Under the pieces are notes generated by a model, which worked only from the letters and a program-made list of their open reading frames with translations, did no database searches and had not been told where the DNA came from. The translations under genes and the position numbers were made by a program. A stretch of DNA of 61,471 nt, filler included, from Choristocarpus tenellus KU-1152 (lineage: Eukaryota; Protista; Phaeophyceae): the NCBI GenBank assembly GCA_964200185.2. It is 13 parts of 13 records of this genome, joined end to end, with 100 filler letters (N's around TTAATTAATTAA, not from the genome) between each part and the next. Parts side by side here need not be neighbours in the genome. Positions count along the whole stretch, not along the records: positions 45,890 to 54,018 come from CAXNAD020005098.1; positions 54,119 to 61,471 come from CAXNAD020006285.1; 11 more parts are not named here. The stretch is one strand, 5' to 3'. How positions within the stretch are numbered: position 1 is the stretch's first letter; every line of letters starts with the position of its first letter. Shown piece after piece: positions 52,753 to 61,471 of this stretch.

Positions 52753-53715
52753 TCATGGGTCTTTCTTTGCAGACTTGGCATCGGTCTGGTCTTCCTTCTC
52801 CTTCTCTTCTTCACCTTCTTTGAAATGGTCGTATTTGCAAAAACCATTTCTGTTTAAGAAGTCACACTCCTGTCCTGCCTTCCACGCAAAACACGGGCTG
52901 TAGGTCCTTCCCCCCCCTTTTGAGACTCCTGCTCTATTCCTGTCCTCAGCTCTGGGAGATTTTGAAGTTCTTGTCTCCCCCCATGTCCCCGCCCTCTTCA
53001 TGGAACGGGAGCAGGACTCAGTGCTATATAGGGCAGGCAGCATGTTCTTTGCCTGACCCAGTGTCGTTTCCAAACATGTGAGGCGAGGGCTCGGAGGGAG
53101 TGGTATCCACGTGTCCCGGGGAGGCAGTGTGTTAAATTTGTTCCCTATGATGTCTGCTGCTGCGGCTATCATATTCTTCCAACACTGTAGATCCTCCCCC
53201 ACTGCCCTAAAAATCAGTTCAACGATCCTGGGACTCTCTAGTAACGTGGGTTTGTTGGCACCATAAAACATTCGTACCTTACACCTCTCCTCTTCCAAGT
53301 CCTCAATCACCCTTGCCGTCCCCCTCTGTCCTGGATTCCAACTGTCTCCATACCTGCACAGTCTCACCATTGCTGCCACGAAACAGGGCAGTTCATAATC
53401 CCCTTTGCATGTCTTTCGCCCCAGCTCCCCCTTCGGTATGTAGTCCTTAATTGTAAAGGCCGCCAAGTTTTCCATCTGCGTTGCCACCTCTTCCGTCACA
53501 TCTGTTGTTTCCTCTACGATTTGTTGTAGTTCATATTGTGTCGATCTTGTACTCCCCATTTTTATGAACAAGGGAATGAATCCAAGGAGTACGAAGTATT
53601 TCCTTACTTCGGCCCTGTTCCATGCCTGGATCAAAGATTTCTCCTTAATTCGCTCTGCCATTGTTGCTGATGATATCGAATTTCCTTCCCCCGTCGATCC
53701 TGCTCCCCTTCCCAC
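52753..53715 (-). CDS. Gag-like ORF1 of the YR retrotransposon with a C-terminal CCCH zinc finger
   Basis: 320-aa ORF upstream of pol; 'PCFAWKAGQECDFLNRNGFCKYDH'. Confidence 0.75.
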   Translation of the reverse strand: MGRGAGSTGEGNSISSATMAERIKEKSLIQAWNRAEVRKYFVLLGFIPLFIKMGSTRSTQYELQQIVEETTDVTEEVATQMENLAAFTIKDYIPKGELGRKTCKGDYELPCFVAAMVRLCRYGDSWNPGQRGTARVIEDLEEERCKVRMFYGANKPTLLESPRIVELIFRAVGEDLQCWKNMIAAAADIIGNKFNTLPPRDTWIPLPPSPRLTCLETTLGQAKNMLPALYSTESCSRSMKRAGTWGETRTSKSPRAEDRNRAGVSKGGGRTYSPCFAWKAGQECDFLNRNGFCKYDHFKEGEEEKEKEDQTDAKSAKKDP

Positions 53716-55318
53716 CCCTCTGTCCCCCCCTCCCCCTTCTGATTTCTGTGATCAGCATAGTTCTTGTAGTATCTTCATCATCATATCCATCCTTTCTGTT
53801 AGCCTTGATATTTCGTTGTTCTGGTCCTGGACTTGACTGGGTTCGGCTTCACTCCTGTTCTCTCTCTCGTCTTCTTCTGCTCCTTTTCTCTCTTCATCCC
53901 CCCTTTTGAGGAAACCCATCTCTCGTTGTGCCCTCTCGATCAGATCGACGGTTTCAAAAATTGAGGATGGAGCTTTTCATTGAGGATGGGCTTGACCCAA
54001 AATTGACTGGGATAAAGANNNNNNNNNNNNNNNNNNNNNNNNNNNNNNNNNNNNNNNNNNNNTTAATTAATTAANNNNNNNNNNNNNNNNNNNNNNNNNN
54101 NNNNNNNNNNNNNNNNNNAACGCACAGGCTACATTGGAGTGTGTCTCGCTGCGATGGAGGCCTGGTCTTGCCTTTGGGATGCCCTGGGGTCTACCCCTCC
54201 GGAGTCCACGAGTTCATTCCCGTTGTTCGCGAGATCCCCTAGTGGCTGGCGGATCGTCATTGTACATCTGTGGTGCAATGGATGAGGTCCCCTTGAAGAA
54301 CTACGACAACGATTCCTCTATATTGTCCAGACCCCTCTTGATTTGTTATCGACAGAGTAAAGGAGTGTGGGGTTTGTCGTGTATGTAGTTTGGCGATTTT
54401 TTTTTTGTTATGCACTATAACATAATTCTACATAACTGCAAATATATGAAAAAAAAGATGCCAACTCATAGTTTTGACCCTCTCGCACTACTGAAGAATT
54501 ATCGCATGGAGAGTTACATATATATATATACACCTTTATGTCCGTATTTGTTCTAGTTCAACAGCATCGTATACATGCATAGAAATTTCAAGACATGTGA
54601 AGAGAGAAAAATCCCTTTATTAAAATATCCTTTTTTATTCCCGAGGAAAAGGAACACCCCAACTGGCCTGTTCATAACCACGAAATATATACTATTATTT
54701 AACAGGGGTACAACATTCCATACAGGCAGTAGTTCTTGTATGGACTATTGTGAAGTTGTTATGCAACCGAAAAAGAATAGCTTATAAGGACCATACCTTC
54801 TTGGTCAAGAGAGGATAGGTGTGCATTCCTTCCAGGAGAATCGGGCTCACCTGTGACTATCCCTGTGCGCCGTACGTGACGCTGAATGCCGGGTGTGTTG
54901 GAAGGTAAAAAGACGACAAGACTTCCACTTCGTGCAAGGTGATCAGGTGCGTACGGCTGGAGGATGATGTGAACCGACTGCGACATGCCATCCTCTCTGG
55001 GCCTGACTCGATGCGCGCAATATATTTTCTCTCTCTCTTTCTGTTTGTTTCTCCTGTCCCATTTCCAATGTGCCCACCCGATGCAGAAATCCAGCGATAA
55101 CTGAGAGGCTTAGTCCAACCACCGAACGCTGCAACGCCTCCAAAGGGAACCAGAAGGTGAGTCCCCATACAAGAAACGTTCACCCTTCGTGCAGCCTACA
55201 CTGGAGCATCTCTGGATGACCAATATCGCAAACACACCGTCATAATTTAGCGCCTTTGGCGGGTGTTGCGGCTATCGTCCGTTCACGTAGCATGTATCAG
55301 CATGTGGCTGAGATGATA

Positions 55319-56410
55319 GTGTACACACCACCTGTCAATGGTGGTAATACCAGCATTTTTAGATTCGATGCCCTGTAATTATTTGCGTTTCCAACCGTGT
55401 ACACGCCACCTGTCAATGGTGGTGATACCAGCATTTTTAGATTCGATGCCCTGTATTTATTCGCGTTTCCAACCGTGTACACACCACCTGTCAATGCTGG
55501 TAATACCAGCATTTTCAAATTCAGTACCCTGTATTTGTTACCTTTACAACTGTGTACACACCACCTGTCAATGGTGGTCATACCAGCATTTTTAGATTCG
55601 ATGCCCTGTAATTATTTGCGCTTCCAACCGTGTACACACCACCTGTCAATGCTAGTAACACCAGCATTTTCAAATTCAGTACCCTATATTTGTAACCTTT
55701 ACAACCGTGTACACATCACCTGTCAATGGTGGTAATGCCAGCATTTTCAGGTTCGATGCCTTGCATTTATTTGCGTTTCCAACCTTGTACACACCACCAG
55801 TCAATGGTGGTCATACCAGCATTTTCAGATTCGATGCCCAGTAATTATTTACGTTTCCAACCTTGTACACACCACCTGTCAATGCTGGTAACACCAGCAT
55901 TTTCAAATTCAGTACCCTGTATTTGTAACCTTTACAACCGTGTACACGAGCCAAAGTATCTTAGAGGGTTGGGCCGCGTCCATTCGGGGACAAAATCCAA
56001 TGTTGCGATTTTGATGTAATTTTGGCGATCGTGTTTGTTTGAAAGTGTCAATATCCTTGTTCCGGACATAACATTTCATAACATACACATTCTACCTACT
56101 CCAAAACACTTTGGAGTAGGAAAATGTCATAAAAAAAACATGGGAACCCAAGCCCCAAATGAACGGACAGGGCAAAACGTGTACCCTCTAAGATACTTTC
56201 ACTCACACACCACCTGTCAATGGTGGTAATACCAGCATTTTTAGAATCGATACCCTGTAATTATTAGCGTGTCCAATCGTGTACACAACACCTGTCAATG
56301 CTGGGAACACCAGCATTTTCAAATTCGGTACCCTGTATTTGTAACCTTTACAACCATGTACACATCACCTGTCAGCAGTGGTAACACCGGCATTTTTAGA
56401 TTTGATGCTC
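55319..56410. repeat. Tandem array of 78-bp (A) and 77-bp (B) units, order A A B A B A A B A B plus a partial unit, interrupted by a MITE
   Basis: Unit starts at 55319, 55397, 55475, 55552, 55630, 55707, 55785, 55863, 55940, 56279 and 56356. Confidence 0.97.
55948..56204 (+). mobile_element. MITE family A, 4-bp TSD acac
   Basis: Neighbouring array units supply the empty site gtgt-acac-accacc. Confidence 0.95.
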
Positions 56411-56411
56411 T

Positions 56412-56656
56412 ATGTTAGAGGGCACGAGTTTTTCGCTGGTTGTCCTTTGGGGCTTGGCTGTCCACGGGTTTTCAAGGATATTGTACTTACTCCAAAATGT
56501 TACGGAGAAGTACAATGTCTACACTATGGAAAGGAGAGTTCGGAAAAAGGACATTGACATCTCCAAACAATAATGATGGCAAGAATGACAGTAAAAATGC
56601 AACATTTGAATTCGGCCGCCAAATGGACGCGGCCCTACCACTAAGATATTTCGACC
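56412..56656 (-). mobile_element. Old, diverged MITE family A-related copy
   Basis: Ends 'caaatggacgcggccctaccactaagatatttcgacc', the reverse complement of the family A left end. Confidence 0.75.
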
Positions 56657-57020
56657 AGCACCCATGATACCAACCCTAGCCCTAACCAAAATAAATCACC
56701 TACATTTTCAGCGCTAATCCCAATCCACCATTTACAGATTTCACCTCGCATCGAAAACGTCAACATAGATTCAATTCAACGGCTTTAATACGAAATGACC
56801 ACAGTGAATTCGACCGAACCTTTTTCGGAAATTGGAACATGTGTTGCTGTCACATTTGTTTGGCGTAATCAGACAACTGATCCGAAATAGGACCAAGATT
56901 CCACGATGCAATTTCACGCACCACAACATCCGTCTGTCCAGGGCGATGTGGCGACACCTTCGATATGCATGTGTAAGGGCTCCGATACCATTGGAACATT
57001 TCCGATAAGTTTCGTATCGG

Positions 57021-57655
57021 AAATGGACATACGCACCCCCTCAACCGTCTTGCCGCGCTTTGGAATTTTATGGCCTTTATCGTTCGACAGAACACATCAA
57101 ATTCATTCAATACTATCTGCCTTATGTCAAGCACAAACCTGCGCATGGTTGCCCTCCCGACATCCAACCCGGGTCAGCGCGTAAATTCCTTTCATCTTCA
57201 TCTTTCACTTTCGCAGTTCGACGTAATGTTTTCCTGCTCAGGTTGTTAGTATTTCAAATGGACACTCACACACCCAACCGTCTTGCCGCGCTTTGGAAAT
57301 TGATGGTATTTACCGTTCGACAGAACACATGAAATTCATTCATCACTGGCTACCATATGTCAAGCATAAACCTGTGCGTGGTTGCCCTCCCAATATCTAA
57401 CTCGGGTCGGGGCGTAAATTCCTTTCATGTTCACCTTTGACTTTCGGGATTCGACGTAATGTTTTCCTGCTCATGATTACTATTTCAAATCGACACACAC
57501 ACACACCAACAGTCTTGCCGCGCTTTGGATATTGATGGCCTCTACCGTTCGACAGAACACATGAAATTCATTCATTATTGCCTGCCCTATGTCAAGCACA
57601 ACCTGTGCATGATTGCCCTTGCTACATGTTACCTTGGTCGGCGCGTAAATCCTTC
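57021..57655. repeat. Tandem repeat of a ~230-bp unit (2.7 copies); partial inverted copy at 59813-59886
   Basis: 'aaatggacac...caaccgtcttgccgcgctttgga...accgttcgacagaacacat.aaattcattca...tatgtcaagcac' near 57021, 57256 and 57487. Confidence 0.93.
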
Positions 57656-58441
57656 CAGACTGCGTCCGGTATTGGTGCGTACTCATATTCAATATTCATC
57701 CCATGTCGACCGGGTTAACAGTTTCATACTTATTAGTAAATAGCGGCCTTCAAGGAAAGCGTTACTCGTCTTGGAATAACATTAAAAGTAATTCTTCATA
57801 AGACATTTTGCCGTCTCTAGCTTGTCTTAATTGGATCTCTTATGTATGATTTTGCTTTAATACTTTTGGTATACCCAAGATTTGGAATAGATTTTTGATC
57901 TAGTTTTTTCTTTAAAATATTTGGTTACGCTGTCCTCATGTCCACGGCACGCTACACCCTTTTCATATCACGTTTGCACAGCCCACGCATGGACACGAAC
58001 CCTGCACTTCATACAGATCTCGTCATCATTAATCACATAGTCCATCACTGTTCGTACAAAGACATCCTTGCTGTGCTCGGCTAACCACAGCATCCACCCC
58101 TATGTCGATATCCTTCTCCTTTGCTGATATCGTTGTCCTAACATTTTCCCCTCTACCTTCACAGACAGCCGGCCAGAGGCCCAGGGACTCATGAATACCA
58201 AAAGACCACAGGCCTGATAACGTCAAACCTCAGCGTGACGCGTACGATGGACCTCGCCACATTTGACTTCTTGACACAGAGTTATTACGCCAACCTTCTT
58301 GAAAACAGTAGAGTGGAGTCTATGTTCTCGAAGCTGGGGCCGGACCCACAGACCGCCACCGATAGGCTCGCGGGGATCCTGAGTGGGCAGCCTTTTCCCC
58401 TGTGCTCGAGATGAAAGACTATAAGCGACTTCAAAGTCGAC

Positions 58442-59440
58442 ATGCGCAGGGTAAACGTGCCATCCAGTGTGCCAGACAGGGAACTCTTTGAATATTATAT
58501 CGCCAATAACAACTTGGACGTGGACCATAATGACAACGATAGGGAGATAGAGGACGACGACAACCTCTTGTTTTGCCTTAATGGACAACACCGCGTAATG
58601 GTGTTGAGGACAATCGAGTGCATCGCCAAGGAGGACAATGTCCCTTGGGGCATCTACCCCCCGGCCCATGTGACAACGCGATGGGCCTTGGAAGTAGGAG
58701 CAAACCTCCAGATCGCCCACCACAGGAGCTTCATGTGGAAGATATATCCACTTTGCAGCCAGGAGAAGGCTGAATCAATCTCCATAGGAGAGAGTGTTGC
58801 AGCCAGCCGATCGCACGTGCCAAACATCCCAGACATATTCCATTTGATGGTGTCTTGGGTTGCTGCTATCCTGGAGTATAGGCGCGACTTCAGTTGCAAC
58901 AGGTCCCATCCCTACGTCCGGCAAACGGAAGAAGACACTGATCGTCGCGCGCGCATGGCGACACTGGTCACCAAGTGCAACCAGTACTGTCTAGGTGACA
59001 TAGATTTCCGTAGTGCGGACGCCGCGTTACAGATGGCTATTAAGAGGAGGGTAGCTGCAAAGGCAAAGGCATTCCTCAAAGAAGCTTGGGAGGACACATA
59101 TATGGAAGCCGGTGTGAATAGACTCACCGACCAGACCTCCATCCAATTCTTCAACGTGAACGCCACCCCCTTGTCTACATATAGGTGGGAGAAGGTGGGA
59201 TTCTCACGGCTCCTTCCGCAGGAAACGATTCGTGAAACGATTGTGAAGCACCACGTACCTTTCGTCGCATATATCAATATTAATTCCGCGTCGGTGATCC
59301 AACCAACCCGATCCCTTTCTTCCCCTCACTATGTTCCACCAGAGACAAGAGAACTGGAAGAGATCCTTCTCGGTGTGTGGAGAGAACACAAGAAGCGCGA
59401 CGGGTCAAGTGTAAGCGCAATGCAGCCGTCCCCACATTAG
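58442..59440 (+). CDS. 332-aa hypothetical protein with a ParB/Srx-fold-like GxHR motif; frame extends upstream past one TGA to ~58255, so possibly a pseudogene
   Basis: Longest ORF in the window, intronless; 'NLLFCLNGQHRVMVLR'. Confidence 0.6.
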   Translation: MRRVNVPSSVPDRELFEYYIANNNLDVDHNDNDREIEDDDNLLFCLNGQHRVMVLRTIECIAKEDNVPWGIYPPAHVTTRWALEVGANLQIAHHRSFMWKIYPLCSQEKAESISIGESVAASRSHVPNIPDIFHLMVSWVAAILEYRRDFSCNRSHPYVRQTEEDTDRRARMATLVTKCNQYCLGDIDFRSADAALQMAIKRRVAAKAKAFLKEAWEDTYMEAGVNRLTDQTSIQFFNVNATPLSTYRWEKVGFSRLLPQETIRETIVKHHVPFVAYININSASVIQPTRSLSSPHYVPPETRELEEILLGVWREHKKRDGSSVSAMQPSPH

Positions 59441-60104
59441 CACATCCAATACCCCATTACTAACGGTCCAACAACACCGTAGTAACCCCTGCCTTCACAT
59501 ACTGAGCTTGAATTGACGTTTCATACATTGGTAATGCTATTGACCTTATGACATACACCATTAACCAACAGATCCACTCCCACTCCCACGTTCTTCTGTC
59601 CTGGTCATGTCACCTTATCCTCCACGCACCCAACGCGCACCTGACTAGGACAAATTCGACTTCAGAGCGGTTCACATGTTCACTGTGCTGTGGTATGCTA
59701 ACCTGGACGCCGCCATCGAACCCTCAAGAGCAGCAAGGGGTTCACACACACCTACAGGTTGAAGGTGGGGTAAACATTCCCAACTATGTTGTCCCCACAC
59801 AACGACGCCACACTTGACATAGGGCAGACAGTAATGAAGGGATTTGATGTGTTCTGTCAAACGGTAAAGGCCATCAGTTTCCAAAGAACCCCAAGCCCAT
59901 AGGGTTCTGCTGCGCTACGCGCATCCCCTCGTAATCCTTCCCTGATAGATACACTGCTAACCCTAAATCCTCCACATCCTCAAAGCTCGTTCTTTATCGG
60001 TCTCCTAACGACACACCATCGCACATTTGACGTACATGTAGCTCACGGACAATGTCAAGGAGCATTATTTCGGAAGATTGTGCACCGATGTCCTCGCTGG
60101 ATCC

Positions 60105-61230
60105 AGCTTAGTCATCCTTAGAGGGGAGACTCCCCAAGCCATCGCTGGCGCGACATTGTCGAGGTGGCTTCCCACGTCTTCTCAGAACAGGCTGCCAAAA
60201 AAGTGCCTACTGATGCGCTCTCGTTGACGTATGTTATCGGGACGGAGATATTCCCAGAGGAATGGGTAAGTCGATTTTGACCGTGACGATTCATGTAATG
60301 TATGGATATATATGCATATACCCCCCTCCTGACCCTGCTACAGCTGCAATGTTCACCGTCTAGTTCGTGCCTTACCTTTCCACCACCCATGTGCTTCTCC
60401 ATGACAGTTCTCCCACACTCTTAGGGGTTTCTGGAACAAACGGCCCCCGGCCGACCAGGACAAAGGCAAGAAGAAGACAAGAGGAAAGGGGAAGAAGAAT
60501 AGACCAGGAGTCGGTGATCCAGACATGGCGCCTGCCGCCCAGGCGGAGGAGGAGTGGGCGTCTCAACCCTGGAAAGTCCAATTGGCGTACATGAGGCGTA
60601 TGCACACCGAGAATGTCCTCATCAAGAGGGCTGTCCTGGAGGACACCATACAAGTTATGAACGACCTAAAAAGAAAAGACAAGCTCGGGATAGACCCCTA
60701 CGCCGATGACTCATCAACAGGGTTTTAGCAGAGGGTCCTCCTACCAAAAAATACATCCTCAGCGACGAGGTACTCAACTGTATGTGAGGTTTATCATCTC
60801 ATGTCTCCACCGTATTTTAGTTCGTATCAAGCCACCTCATAATAAACCCTGATCGCGCGCATTAATGTAACCCATAAAATCCACAGGTGAAAAGGGACCT
60901 CGTGTTGAGGGAGGGTGTGGAGGAGGTTACAAAATACCTGGACATCGTCAAATACTCTGATGGCATTACCCTGAACACCAGTGACGAACACACAGGCAAG
61001 CAATTACACCATTGTACAACATCGCCATAGTTTAACATCCAAACATGGTTCCCTACGCCAAACACACAACCTAGACTCTCACAGATCTTACCGTTTGACA
61101 GTTTCACACCGAACATTGTCACAGGCTTCTCCGGTTTCATATGTTGCGAAGTTGCTCGTCGAACAGATTGATTCATACTTTTGCTGTGTTGTACCGATCG
61201 ACAGAGGACCCGGAAAAAGAAGGGAATTAT
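60105..61230 (+). pseudogene. Interrupted coding-like region with short introns; unknown product
   Basis: Donor/acceptor pairs (gtaagt 60266/cag ~60343; gt ~60780/cag ~60886) separate open segments containing stops and frameshifts. Confidence 0.4.
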
Positions 61231-61471
61231 GTTGCGGTTACATGCTAGTCCTATACGCATCCTCTTCACCCTATGTTACACCAGCCCTATTTGTCTTCCT
61301 GTTTTATGGGCTCGAATAATCCGCCCAAGTTTAACGAACCACTAGTCCTCTGATCCATCCATCTTTCCTCAGCCCCTGCCTCCTCCTCTGTATCCTGCCT
61401 CGCTTACTCCTTCTCACCAACCTCTATCTCATCCCTTGCCTCCTGGGTCAAAGTATCTTAGGGGGGGAGAT

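Larger units (their letters stand above)
49380..53950 (-). mobile_element. Tyrosine-recombinase retrotransposon (DIRS order; Ngaro/PAT-like, no methyltransferase seen), decayed
   Basis: Order gag, RT/RNase H, then overlapping YR on one strand; terminal repeats not resolved. Confidence 0.93.

Noticed and set aside
49582-53909. Plus-strand ORFs over the YR element
   Set aside because: Antisense shadows of purine-rich coding sequence.
55319-56410. CRISPR-like array
   Set aside because: There are no unique spacers; the variable part has only two recurring types. The single insert is a MITE with TIRs and a TSD.
60525-60728. YADD motif suggesting reverse transcriptase
   Set aside because: No other RT motifs, and the context 'IDPYADDSS' lacks the flanking hydrophobic strands.
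60740-61200. Ulp1-like protease ('ILSDEVLNCM')
   Set aside because: No recognisable HW or QxxxxDCG catalytic motifs; too weak to call.

Overview
Fragmented eukaryotic draft genome, not a continuous locus. Thirteen short contigs are joined by 100-nt artificial linkers (N44-TTAATTAATTAA-N44), so nothing can be inferred from adjacency across linkers. GT-AG introns, TTAGGG tracts, a flagellar SHIPPO-repeat gene and the transposon types suggest a stramenopile, plausibly the brown-algal lineage (inference). Host gene fragments: a docking-domain/PhoD fusion, a PPME1-like methylesterase, NSE4 kleisin, a PLU-1-like helical protein, an ODF3/SHIPPO protein and unknown spliced genes. Mobile DNA dominates: a decayed tyrosine-recombinase retrotransposon (gag, RT/RNase H, YR), a full-length DD39D-type mariner with a head-to-head second copy, a Tc1 end, two copies of an LTR element with a tRNA-type PBS, a decayed LINE, and three Sola-like MITE families. 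Families A and B have 3-4 bp TSDs; family C is seen only as truncated ends. Most unusual: (i) the last contig, where a ParB-fold-like 'CLNGQHR' ORF sits beside a palindrome-rich 78/77-bp array and between inverted copies of a 230-bp repeat; (ii) a 510-bp fold-back palindrome inside a small orphan ORF that can be reconstructed; (iii) the D/D-PhoD fusion. All family assignments come from motif recognition by eye; no searches were run.
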